Positions 29,365 to 38,959 of a stretch of DNA of 64,000 bases are shown piece by piece; the first letter of the stretch is position 1, and each line of letters opens with the position of its first letter. A program made the position numbers and the translations under genes. The notes under the pieces were generated by a model, which saw nothing but the letters and a program-made list of their open reading frames with translations, did no database searches and was not told the origin of the DNA. Location of the stretch: the IMG/VR virus record IMGVR_UViG_3300025018_000006, positions 1 to 64,000 of that record; one strand, written 5' to 3'. This DNA comes from a virus.

Positions 29365-29754
29365 TTAAGGATATCTTTCTTTGTTTTGATGCTTATAATA
29401 TTCATTAAGAAAAATGTCATGATCTTTTATTTTTTTTTCATTATTATCAATTCTTTTTTTATTATAACTAAAACGATCTAAAATTTGATCATGTTTAGCT
29501 TCATGTACCCTAAATGATGCATCTACTTTTTCTTGTTGAGTTAATAATATTGCATTTAATCCACTTATTGAATCAGATAATTTAGCTGTACTTAATTCTA
29601 ACTTCTCTATTTGACCATAAACTCTTTCATCTTTCTGCTTATGATCATCCCATATCTTAGAAACAAACCAGCCTAAAACAATTACAAATAAAGATAATGC
29701 ACCTACTATTACACTAAATACTGCTGTATCATTCATTTTATTTAAATTTAACAC
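29365..29754 (-). CDS. Single-TM coiled-coil protein (holin/lysis-associated, tentative)
   Basis: N-terminal TM plus coiled coil, near the endolysin gene. Confidence 0.45.
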   Translation of the reverse strand: MLNLNKMNDTAVFSVIVGALSLFVIVLGWFVSKIWDDHKQKDERVYGQIEKLELSTAKLSDSISGLNAILLTQQEKVDASFRVHEAKHDQILDRFSYNKKRIDNNEKKIKDHDIFLNEYYKHQNKERYP

Positions 29755-30316
29755 CTGTTAACGAATCTACAATATCTACAAATTCAATTGGACTAATTTT
29801 ATAAGGATCAGGAAACACTTCCTCTCCCCAGGCATAATTTAAAGCTGAAGCAATTAAAGAAAAGCATGTCCATCTTTTTCTATCGAGAGGTTTTTTACCA
29901 CCAAACCATTTATGTATTAATGACATTATTGGGTATTTTATCAAAATATCAAAATAAGCATAACCTTCATGAACTTGAGCTTTTACAAAACCCCATGCTT
30001 TGGCATTTTGTCGCTTAGTTAATATTGGTTTAATTATGTAATAATAAGGATTTTTATCATCACTATAATGATCCTCAAAATCATTTCCATCAATGCCAAA
30101 TTTTAATGCTCCAATAGCATATCCATCCTTTACCATATCTGCATGATTAGGACTAAGTTCTGTATGATGTTCACCAGAAGTCCATTGGAATAATCTTTGA
30201 AAACCTTGTATAGTTTTTGCTAAAAATGATTGAGATCTGGTTAAAACAATAAACAATCCATTCTTAGGTATATCTTTCCAGGTTTCTGTCGATTGAAATG
30301 TTTTTAATACTGGCAT
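29738..30316 (-). CDS. Permuted papain-like NlpC/P60 (YiiX/YebB-like) hydrolase
   Basis: His (PNHA) precedes Y...(W)TC.SL...SP, the circularly permuted catalytic order. Confidence 0.55.
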   Translation of the reverse strand: MPVLKTFQSTETWKDIPKNGLFIVLTRSQSFLAKTIQGFQRLFQWTSGEHHTELSPNHADMVKDGYAIGALKFGIDGNDFEDHYSDDKNPYYYIIKPILTKRQNAKAWGFVKAQVHEGYAYFDILIKYPIMSLIHKWFGGKKPLDRKRWTCFSLIASALNYAWGEEVFPDPYKISPIEFVDIVDSLTGVKFK

Positions 30317-30794
30317 CTACTTTTTCTTTTGACGATAATTTTACCGGTTCAGGCAATTCTCTATATCCAAGCAGTCCATATGAAGATGATTCTTTAGGGT
30401 ATCCTTTAATACATATCATGTTTCCCTGATTACCTCCAAATACAAATATAATGTTTCCATCTTCACTTTCTCCTGCATACAAGCCAACGTGACCTCTCCA
30501 TCCATCTTTAGAAATTCTCCAGAATATAACTATATGACCAATTTTAGGAACGGTAACTTCATTACCTATTTCCAACCAACTTCTTGCATCAAGCTTACCT
30601 GAATAATCAAGATTTAATCTTTTCGCCATTATATTAATGGTTAAACTACACCAGGCAGTTTCATCATCTTTAATCCATTCAAATCCAAGTTCTTTAAACC
30701 ATCCAACAATAATTGGATTATCAACAGGTCCTACAACTTCTTTTAAACCATAAAATTTCATAAGTTCTAACCACATCAGCTCTCTTGTGTCCAT
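30264..30794 (-). CDS. TIGR02594-family NlpC/P60 peptidoglycan hydrolase (probable endolysin)
   Basis: DDETAWCS, ARSW, GHIVIFWR, GHVGLY and GGNQGN motifs. Confidence 0.85.
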   Translation of the reverse strand: MDTRELMWLELMKFYGLKEVVGPVDNPIIVGWFKELGFEWIKDDETAWCSLTINIMAKRLNLDYSGKLDARSWLEIGNEVTVPKIGHIVIFWRISKDGWRGHVGLYAGESEDGNIIFVFGGNQGNMICIKGYPKESSSYGLLGYRELPEPVKLSSKEKVDASIKNISIDRNLERYT

Positions 30795-30805
30795 ATTGAT
30801 TTTTT

Positions 30806-30840
30806 TTAAAAAGGGAGAGAACCTAACCTCTCCCTTTTTT
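30806..30840 (-). terminator. Rho-independent terminator
   Basis: GGGAGAG-loop-CTCTCCC flanked by A and T tracts, just after gene 30858-31940. Confidence 0.75.
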
Positions 30841-30857
30841 ATTATTAATCTATACTA

Positions 30858-31940
30858 CTAAAGATTTCCGATGGCAGTATTTAAGTCAGCCAAGTTACCT
30901 GAAGCGTAATCGGCATAAAGGACGACCTGAGATTCTGCTTTCTCAAGATCTCCGCCCATAGCTTCCTCTGACCCATCAAGAATAGTGAAAACATATTTAC
31001 GATATGTCTTAGAAGTGTCAAATGCAGCACCATTTTGAAGTTCAAGATCAAGATTTCCTTCAATTGCATCCTGCTTAGAATGATTATATCTTGGAACTAA
31101 AGCTGCAAGAACAGATCCAATACCCATTGGATAAACAGGAGCTTCTATAACTTCAAACTGAGAAGTTACAAATCCTTGAGTTGCACCATACCAGTTTGCA
31201 CCGGAACGACCAATGCTTGAAGTGAAATAACCAGCATCATCAACACATGCAATACCGGTTCCGGCAACCAATGTGCTAATAGTTTGCGTTAAAGTAAATG
31301 TTCCTACAGTCCATGCACGAGCAACAGCATCATCAATGGTTCCGCTTACATTATAAACCCAGATAGTACCAGCGGCATCATTACCTGCCCAAGTTCCACT
31401 TGAAAGTGAAGCTTTAGCTACATAAGCAGTTGCACCGGAATTTGCCTGAGTAATTTTAACACCAGCAGTAATTGTAGTTCCGCCAGCTGAATCTCCACCA
31501 AGAGTGTAATCAAACTCATGCAATAAATAAGCAGTACAGTTGTTTCCACCATAACCATTGATTTTATTAACCAATGCAGTGTAAACATTAAGCCTATCAG
31601 TATCAGCATCACCACTCAAAACGGCAGCAGATGTATAAGCATGAACAACCGGCCATCTTTTTCCGGATTCATATTTATCATCAGGATTTCCTATCTCAAT
31701 CTTATACCGGGTATCTGCAATAATAGTTTCCTTAGTTGCCGAAGCACCCAAAGTAACAACTTGCTGATTTTCCGCTACAGGATCAAAACTTTGAACAGTA
31801 GGACTACCAGGAAATGATCCTAATAGTAATTCTCCAGATCCTCCAATGATTGACCAAAGGCCACTTGAAGCATCATTTAAAACGTTTCCACCGGCTGCAG
31901 CAATTGTGTTCAACACGGCGGCTCTTACTCTTTTTTTCAT
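30858..31940 (-). CDS. Virion structural protein (auxiliary capsid/decoration-like)
   Basis: 360 aa, Ala/Gly/Thr-rich, followed by its own terminator. Confidence 0.5.
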   Translation of the reverse strand: MKKRVRAAVLNTIAAAGGNVLNDASSGLWSIIGGSGELLLGSFPGSPTVQSFDPVAENQQVVTLGASATKETIIADTRYKIEIGNPDDKYESGKRWPVVHAYTSAAVLSGDADTDRLNVYTALVNKINGYGGNNCTAYLLHEFDYTLGGDSAGGTTITAGVKITQANSGATAYVAKASLSSGTWAGNDAAGTIWVYNVSGTIDDAVARAWTVGTFTLTQTISTLVAGTGIACVDDAGYFTSSIGRSGANWYGATQGFVTSQFEVIEAPVYPMGIGSVLAALVPRYNHSKQDAIEGNLDLELQNGAAFDTSKTYRKYVFTILDGSEEAMGGDLEKAESQVVLYADYASGNLADLNTAIGNL

Positions 31941-31986
31941 AATTAATTGTTTTGTGAGCTATATTCGCTCGATTTATAAATAAGCC

Positions 31987-32790
31987 CTATGAGGCCATAA
32001 TTTCATCTCTTAATGCTTTTGCTTTATCATATTGATTGGCAGTTAAAAGACAGTTAATAGCTGCTCGTCTTGCTATTTCTTCATGTGCTGTTTGCCTTAT
32101 ATCGCAATCAGTCCATTGAGTAACTACTTTTCCATCTACAACATATCCATCTCCGGTATTTATTGTAATTTTCTGACCAATTGTATAAGTGTTTCCACCA
32201 TATACAGTTTCTTCAACAGCGTAAACAACATCGCCATTTGATAAAGTATCACCATTATCTTTTTCAATACCGTAATTTACTATCGCGGGAACGGCCAAGT
32301 AATACAATTCTGCATCATTGATATCCGCATCATTTAACATAGAAATTTCGATCTTACCATCATATTCATTATAATAGATTTTACTTGATGGTGTATTACG
32401 AACTCTACGAAAAGGATTCTTTTCAACTACATTCTTTCGATCATAAGTAATAGGATAAGCTGGATACCAAACAGAATCAGATTCAGCTTTTACTTTTAAT
32501 GAAAGTAACCAACCATAATCTTCAGCTGTAATTGTAATTTCATGCCCGGATACAGATATGCCACTTGCATTAATAGCTTTCTTCACCAATGGGCCAAGCT
32601 CATCACGTATTCTTTGAACTCGCTGAAATGCATCCGAACGATTCATTGGACGATTCTGATCATAACTCTCTCTAACTTTTTGATCAATAGTAGCGTTAAG
32701 AGCATTATCAATATCCTCTGATTCAAATCTGGTTGATCCTACTACATCTATCCAGAAACGGACTCTTTCATGTAATTGAATTATATTCAT
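31987..32790 (-). CDS. Ring/head-tail connector protein
   Basis: FESEDIDNALN N-terminus and HEEIARRA C-terminus, as in crAss ring proteins downstream of the MCP. Confidence 0.6.
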   Translation of the reverse strand: MNIIQLHERVRFWIDVVGSTRFESEDIDNALNATIDQKVRESYDQNRPMNRSDAFQRVQRIRDELGPLVKKAINASGISVSGHEITITAEDYGWLLSLKVKAESDSVWYPAYPITYDRKNVVEKNPFRRVRNTPSSKIYYNEYDGKIEISMLNDADINDAELYYLAVPAIVNYGIEKDNGDTLSNGDVVYAVEETVYGGNTYTIGQKITINTGDGYVVDGKVVTQWTDCDIRQTAHEEIARRAAINCLLTANQYDKAKALRDEIMAS

Positions 32791-32792
32791 TT

Positions 32793-33710
32793 TTAATCAA
32801 ATTCATTTTCATTATCAGCTCCTCCTGGCTTTGAAATATTCTTATGAACAGTCTTTGCAACACTCTTAATTACAATGTCTTTTTCTGAAAGTTCATTGCT
32901 TATACCTGTCATTATTGCAGTGTCCTGTCCAAGATACTTAATAGCATCCTGTCTACTCATTCCAAGAGAAACACCTTTGTACACAAATCCCCGATCAGCT
33001 TCATTAAGAATTATACCCAGAGCTCTTGCTGATTCAAAATATTCAGCATAACTTCTGTTTTTACTCTCCCACTTTTTATTAAAATCAAGTGGATAATTCT
33101 TTGCTGACCGAAGCAGACTACCACGAACGATTTCATAATTTGCATTATCCCGAAGTTCAATACCTAAATACCTGGCAAAATTTACCATAGATTTTGGATC
33201 GTCAAGAATTTTATTGACTCTATCAAAAGCAACTTTCATTGATTCAATTTCATCATTTTCAACCCTTGCTTCTTCTACAGGATCATAAATCTTGTAGTAC
33301 GGATTTTGATTTTGCCATGGAGATCCTTGAATGTCAGGATGGAAACGAATAGCTGCCCAAATTCTAGCATCATCTCTTTTATCAAGATTTAACGAAAGAT
33401 GATCATTTAATTGAATTTTTTGCCATTTAATGTTTCCGTAATCGTCCTGGTCAATTGCAATACCATAAAGAACACCTGTTAGCGGATCTTTCTGAAAGGT
33501 AGCAACCCGATTAGGGGTTTTATGCATATCTTCCGAGATAGGCTGGATTTCTACCCATGGAGTCATAGCCAGATTTTTTCTTTCATTCATAATCTTTTCA
33601 GCTACTTTATCAACATCCATTACATCATAGAGAATCTTTTTTCCCATCTCTTTTTTGGCGTGTTCCGCTATCCAACGCCTTTCTTCGATTGTGACTAATT
33701 GTTTAATCAT
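32793..33710 (-). CDS. Conserved crAss-like protein downstream of the MCP
   Basis: 305 aa; position, plus LNLD..D and YKGVSLG motifs. Confidence 0.55.
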   Translation of the reverse strand: MIKQLVTIEERRWIAEHAKKEMGKKILYDVMDVDKVAEKIMNERKNLAMTPWVEIQPISEDMHKTPNRVATFQKDPLTGVLYGIAIDQDDYGNIKWQKIQLNDHLSLNLDKRDDARIWAAIRFHPDIQGSPWQNQNPYYKIYDPVEEARVENDEIESMKVAFDRVNKILDDPKSMVNFARYLGIELRDNANYEIVRGSLLRSAKNYPLDFNKKWESKNRSYAEYFESARALGIILNEADRGFVYKGVSLGMSRQDAIKYLGQDTAIMTGISNELSEKDIVIKSVAKTVHKNISKPGGADNENEFD

Positions 33711-33749
33711 AATAAGTAAATATAATAACGATTTATAATATAAAAAAAT

Positions 33750-33783
33750 AAAAAATAGGTAGAGAAGTTTCCCTCTCTACCTT
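33750..33783 (-). terminator. Rho-independent terminator after the MCP gene
   Basis: AGGTAGAGA stem followed by a T tract on the minus strand. Confidence 0.75.
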
Positions 33784-33791
33784 AATAAGAT

Positions 33792-35300
33792 TTATGCAGT
33801 TGCAGAAGGAGTGAGAATACCGCAAGTCTTAGTATTAAAGACTGCAAGTAAATTTTCCTTCAGCATATGAAATGCCTTAGCATCAACCGGACTTTGTGGA
33901 GTTCCTTCTCCAGTCATACCGTTTTCCCAGTAATATACAATATTTCTGTTTACACCAGCACGGCCTCTGGCACGAATCTCAACATTCCTTCTTCCTTTTT
34001 CATCAGTATCAAGGTCCATGAAATAGAAAGTGTTGGACATTCTGAGTTTTCCGTTTGATAATTTAGCAGGGAATTTCTCATCGTCATCCATCATCGGATT
34101 TTCAACAAAGATCATTTGTTCACCGGCAATGTTTAAAACTTTGAAATTATACCCAACATAAGGCTCAGCTCCACCAGCGGCAGTTCCCTGATTAACAACC
34201 TGAACAAGAGGATTACCTGCTGAATATCTTGATGCAGCAATATCATTAGCTGACTGCATTCCATCAGCACCGGTTACAACTACCCAAGTATTTCCAGAAA
34301 TACGATTTTTCTTTTTCTTCACTGTACGGATCATGTCAGCAAAATCATCGTAAGTAGGAGAACCATCAGAACCAGAAGTTTCAAGATCATTGGCACCTTT
34401 AATTTGCTGTACCCAACCATCTCCAGCTACGATATCTTGTCCATACTCATCTTGCATAGAAGCTCTTGAAAGCAAATTACCATAAGAATCTCTCATGGTT
34501 GATTCTGCCCACCATAAACGATACTCATCCTCAAGAAGGAATTGAGCTCTCATTTGTGCTTCAGCTTCATAAACAAATCCTTTGGATTGGTTTACTTCAT
34601 ACCAGATAACTTCGTTTGCATTTACATCACCAGAAAGAGAGATTGATTTTCTCTGCTTAGTAGTGTGTTGAATATAACGATCCGGATAATGGAAGTTACC
34701 ATAACCTCTACGTGAGCGTTCTCCGAAAGTAGTATAACCACCAAATACAGTCTTACGACCAATCTGTGATCCTACCCAAGAATCCCATGCAAAAGTTTTT
34801 CCAGGAAAGCATTCGAAAGCATACAGATATTTTCCATCAGAACCAGTCGGACGACCCATAACACGAGCATGCTCACCATTAGGGAATACACAGTTCATAC
34901 CAATAGTCATGTATGAATCTTTCAAATAGAGAGAGAAAGTTCCACCTTTAGTAGTGGTACCAGAGGTAATCGTTCCAACTGCTGCTGTTCCAACTATCTC
35001 AGAAGCCTTTTGGATTCTACCCATAATCTTGTATGACCAAGCATTACTGGAAACCATTTCTCCCTGAGGAATAGGCTTAATTTTAGTTTGAACAGTCATA
35101 CCTTTACTAGGAGTTACCCCGGGTGCGGTATAACGAGAGTTGCGGGCTCCGGAAGTCAAGAGAGTCATTAAATGACGCTGCTCAGCGTACATAATTACCC
35201 TATCAATATTCTTACTGGGATCAAGAAGATGGTTTTGTACCAAGTGATATTCTTGAGCATCACCTTCACTTACTGATCCATGAGTTATTTTAATTTTCAT
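33792..35300 (-). CDS. Major capsid protein
   Basis: 502 aa; portal-scaffold-MCP order; GDGWVQQI, VVTGADG and NPMMDD motifs; terminator downstream. Confidence 0.8.
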   Translation of the reverse strand: MKIKITHGSVSEGDAQEYHLVQNHLLDPSKNIDRVIMYAEQRHLMTLLTSGARNSRYTAPGVTPSKGMTVQTKIKPIPQGEMVSSNAWSYKIMGRIQKASEIVGTAAVGTITSGTTTKGGTFSLYLKDSYMTIGMNCVFPNGEHARVMGRPTGSDGKYLYAFECFPGKTFAWDSWVGSQIGRKTVFGGYTTFGERSRRGYGNFHYPDRYIQHTTKQRKSISLSGDVNANEVIWYEVNQSKGFVYEAEAQMRAQFLLEDEYRLWWAESTMRDSYGNLLSRASMQDEYGQDIVAGDGWVQQIKGANDLETSGSDGSPTYDDFADMIRTVKKKKNRISGNTWVVVTGADGMQSANDIAASRYSAGNPLVQVVNQGTAAGGAEPYVGYNFKVLNIAGEQMIFVENPMMDDDEKFPAKLSNGKLRMSNTFYFMDLDTDEKGRRNVEIRARGRAGVNRNIVYYWENGMTGEGTPQSPVDAKAFHMLKENLLAVFNTKTCGILTPSATA

Positions 35301-35363
35301 TTTTCTGTAATTTTTAGAAATTATTATTAATACTTAATTTCCAAAGCATACAGTTACTTCCCC

Positions 35364-36668
35364 TTACCCTGCATCTTCTTCCCACAGTGTAGGATCTGCC
35401 CAAGATTCGAAATTTTTAGTTTCTCCACTTTCAGATTTTTGTCTTCCTGTTTTTTTGGACTGTGCCTCATCTTTTGTCTTGTGCAATGCACTTACTGACT
35501 TATCAATAGCAGCATTATGTCCTTTCCTGTTTTGTTCAGATGCCTGTTTTTTATATGTGTCAAGGATTTTAGGCCCAAACTTAGCAAGCATATAAGCTGT
35601 AAATTTTGATTTTTCAGGAGATTCATTTGCTATTTCATCAAATGTTCCGGATTCAATTTCTCGAACAATGTTCTGTTTTGCTACCGGACTTAATTTGATT
35701 CCCATAAATTCATCCTGTGAATTTACAAAATTCTTAAGGTTATCAACCTCTTGCTTAACTACAGCTTCCTTCTTGGCTCTTTCCTTGGCAATTAAAGCTT
35801 CTCTGTCTCCGACAATTTTTTTGACTTCAACATTGATAAGCTCTTTGGCCTGATTGTCAATTCCATCAGCTCGATCTTTGATTTCTCTTGTAGATAATTC
35901 GGACAATTCCTCTTCAGCTTGTTCAGCTGCTTTATCTGCAGATAATCCTGATCTTATTAATTCGTTAGTTCGTACATAAAGAACTTTTTCATTTGGGTTT
36001 AACCCCACTACGCTTTGTAAACTTACGATTTCCTTATTATTAAAAAAATCATCAATTTTTCCATCATTATCATTAAGATGCTTTATGATACTTTGCGCAT
36101 CCGGAGAATAGCCATCTAATTTTATCTCCTTTTTAGCACTTTCAATTTTTTCTTTGATAGCAGTTTTTAACTGCTCCGGAGTCTCTGCTTCAACTTCAAA
36201 TTCAGTAGCTAAAGATTTAAGATCAAAAGAACCTTTTTCACTTTCAGAATCTTTATTTACTTCTTTAAATTCTGATGCGAATAAATCTTCATCATCTCCT
36301 TCTCCCTCTTTAGAGCTTTCTCCATCATCTCCATCATCTTTTGAACTTCCTTTTTCTGATTTTCCAGCTTTCTTATCAGCATCAGATTCTGACGATCCTT
36401 CGCCATCTCCTTCTTCAGACTCATCTCCAGTTTCGTCATCTCCAGTTTCAGTTTCCTCACCTTCATCGGATTCATCTGAATCACTCTTGCTGCTTTTGCC
36501 TTCTTTTCCTTTCTCTGCTGAATCTCCATCGCTTTTATCTTCTCCGTCGTTTCCGACTTCGCCACCTTCTTCGGAACTTTCATCTGTTGTGTTTCCGAAG
36601 TCAAAATCGTCTTCTTCTTCTTCGATTCCTGGGGCATTGTTTTTTGTTTTTGTTTTTTCATCAGTCAT
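35364..36668 (-). CDS. Acidic scaffold-like protein
   Basis: D/E/G/S low-complexity N-terminal half and helical C-terminal half; between portal and MCP. Confidence 0.65.
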   Translation of the reverse strand: MTDEKTKTKNNAPGIEEEEDDFDFGNTTDESSEEGGEVGNDGEDKSDGDSAEKGKEGKSSKSDSDESDEGEETETGDDETGDESEEGDGEGSSESDADKKAGKSEKGSSKDDGDDGESSKEGEGDDEDLFASEFKEVNKDSESEKGSFDLKSLATEFEVEAETPEQLKTAIKEKIESAKKEIKLDGYSPDAQSIIKHLNDNDGKIDDFFNNKEIVSLQSVVGLNPNEKVLYVRTNELIRSGLSADKAAEQAEEELSELSTREIKDRADGIDNQAKELINVEVKKIVGDREALIAKERAKKEAVVKQEVDNLKNFVNSQDEFMGIKLSPVAKQNIVREIESGTFDEIANESPEKSKFTAYMLAKFGPKILDTYKKQASEQNRKGHNAAIDKSVSALHKTKDEAQSKKTGRQKSESGETKNFESWADPTLWEEDAG

Positions 36669-36696
36669 AATAATAACAATTTATTTAAAAAAAAAA

Positions 36697-38910
36697 TTAT
36701 ACTTCAAAAGGATTTGCAGATTGAGGTTTCCTGGACTGCATAGATCCTTTAGCTATATTATTCTGAAAATCCTGAGTCGCTTTCATTGCACCTTTAAGTT
36801 GTTCGATCTCTTTTTTTCCTTCAGTTCTTAAAACTTCCATATCTTTATCATGTGATTGACGATCTTCGCGATCTTCTTTAGCTATCTGAAGGTTTGCTTC
36901 AATCTCTTTATTCTTACTTTCTTGAGAAACCCTGCTCTCTTGTTGACGTATAGCAGCAAGTTCATCATGAGCTTCATCAAGTATTTTAATAGCTTTTGCG
37001 AAATTATCTTCCATAAAGAACTTAGCAACATCTTTTGTTCTAAGCAATCCACCATTTATTTCCTGAGCAAATAATCCCTCTATCTTTTGTAATGTTAATT
37101 GTTCTTTCCTACCATCAGTTATACTTACAGCATAATTACTAAAAATAAGATTTTTAGTTGAAATAAGATACTGAATTTCCTCATCAGAAAGAACAAATCT
37201 TCTTGAATCTAAACCTTCATTAACTTCATTAAGTTTTGTTTTTTCAGCTAATTTCATCAATACTCTTTCGATATATTCTTTTATGAAATAGAACATATCA
37301 TGTGTCATAGATCTTGATGCTTCAATATTATTCGTATTAGTAGTTGCTGTAGTAGCTGCCTGTCCTAATCCTTGCCTTGATTCATTCATGCCCGTAATAC
37401 GATCCATCACCCTTTCTATATCCATAGCCTGATTTAGCAAAACAACAAGATTCTGGCTTTGCCCAAGATTTAAAGCTCCAATACCGACTTTTCCACTTTC
37501 ACCATCAGATGCACTTCTATTACCTTCCGCAGATGAATTATATCTAACCACACCATCTTCACTTACAGAATGCAAAATATCAATAAATCTTTTTCCTTTC
37601 GGAATAAATGCATCATCATAAATAAGTGTGTCTCCGCGAATTTTACGAATCTCTTTATTGATCATGAATCTAATATCATCATAGATTCTTTCAAGTTCAT
37701 AAATGATTTCCTGTATAGATACCCTAAATCCATTAACGGTACTAAACAACATTCCTGTATAATCAAAATCAGCTTTAAATTTACCATTTTCATTTAAACG
37801 CTGAATAATGTATTCTTCTTTTTTTGCCGAAGTATAGATGTCTTTATTTATCCTTGAAGCAGTCCAGATGATTTCTCGATAGTATTTATCAACTTTATAC
37901 TTACCGGCTTTAACATCTTTCTTTATTTTAGATGCGTTTTCATTATAATACTCTTCACTAAGTATTCTTTTATATGGAACGTCAGATCCTTTAGCCGGTG
38001 ATGTCTTTAAATAAACCGTTTCCAATCCTTTCCATTGAATAGTATAAACAGGGAAAGCTGGATGTCCGTTGATCACATCTATTGATCCATATCTTTCATC
38101 TGTTGAAAATTCATCTTTTTGCTTTTTTAATTCTTCTTTTTGAGCTTTCGATAATTTAAACTCTGGATTTGCAACTATTTCGTGATAATACATAGGCCTT
38201 ACTTCCCCTAAATAAGGAGTTCTATCAAGGAAAGCATCAAATACAGATTCTTCATATATAGCATATTTCGCGGGAATAGCTCGGTAAGTATCCGTTCCGT
38301 CAGCATTTCTTTCATTCTTCCCAAAAACCTCAGCTGCTATAGTAAGATCAACAAAATTCTGATAAAATTGAGCTTTAAGTCTTTCGTTTTTCAACTTATC
38401 CTGAATAATGGTTCCCATAACCATCTCATTAGCAAGTTTGAAGTTATTCATTGTCCAATAACTCTTATCGTTTTTATCAGGTATTTTAATTCCTTCAAAA
38501 ACATTATATCCCTGAGCTCTAGCTGATTCAATATAAGGTTTAGCCAAAGCCATGCCAAGCATATTTTTATACTTCTGCATTTTTTCATTTTGAGCATCTC
38601 TATTTACGCTCGATACCTGTGCTACTATTGGAATTTGGAGGAACTCTCCATGAAGTTGTTTTAATTTTGATCTACCTAATCGGTACTTAATATACTTTGT
38701 CTTTGATTGTTTTCCGGTTGTTTTAATAATGCTATCAATTTCTGCTTTATCAACAACACCATTATACGAATTATAGAGTTTATCTAACCTGGCACGCCTG
38801 CCTGAACGAGCTTCCCATTGAAAAACTGCATAGTCAAGCATCTCTTTAACTTGCTGGTTATTAGATCCTTCTTTCGAAAAATCAACATCTGTTATGTCTG
38901 GAAATGCCAT
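36697..38910 (-). CDS. Portal protein
   Basis: About 737 aa from ATG 38910 (MAFPDITD); ITGMNESRQG motif and coiled-coil tail; directly after the terminase gene. Confidence 0.8.
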   Translation of the reverse strand: MAFPDITDVDFSKEGSNNQQVKEMLDYAVFQWEARSGRRARLDKLYNSYNGVVDKAEIDSIIKTTGKQSKTKYIKYRLGRSKLKQLHGEFLQIPIVAQVSSVNRDAQNEKMQKYKNMLGMALAKPYIESARAQGYNVFEGIKIPDKNDKSYWTMNNFKLANEMVMGTIIQDKLKNERLKAQFYQNFVDLTIAAEVFGKNERNADGTDTYRAIPAKYAIYEESVFDAFLDRTPYLGEVRPMYYHEIVANPEFKLSKAQKEELKKQKDEFSTDERYGSIDVINGHPAFPVYTIQWKGLETVYLKTSPAKGSDVPYKRILSEEYYNENASKIKKDVKAGKYKVDKYYREIIWTASRINKDIYTSAKKEEYIIQRLNENGKFKADFDYTGMLFSTVNGFRVSIQEIIYELERIYDDIRFMINKEIRKIRGDTLIYDDAFIPKGKRFIDILHSVSEDGVVRYNSSAEGNRSASDGESGKVGIGALNLGQSQNLVVLLNQAMDIERVMDRITGMNESRQGLGQAATTATTNTNNIEASRSMTHDMFYFIKEYIERVLMKLAEKTKLNEVNEGLDSRRFVLSDEEIQYLISTKNLIFSNYAVSITDGRKEQLTLQKIEGLFAQEINGGLLRTKDVAKFFMEDNFAKAIKILDEAHDELAAIRQQESRVSQESKNKEIEANLQIAKEDREDRQSHDKDMEVLRTEGKKEIEQLKGAMKATQDFQNNIAKGSMQSRKPQSANPFEV

Positions 38911-38959
38911 GCTATCAAGGTTTCTCAAAAATATAAAAAAATAATTAACAAATAAAAAT

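Noticed and set aside
36154-36831. 225-aa Ser-rich plus-strand ORF
   Set aside because: Antisense of the acidic low-complexity scaffold gene.
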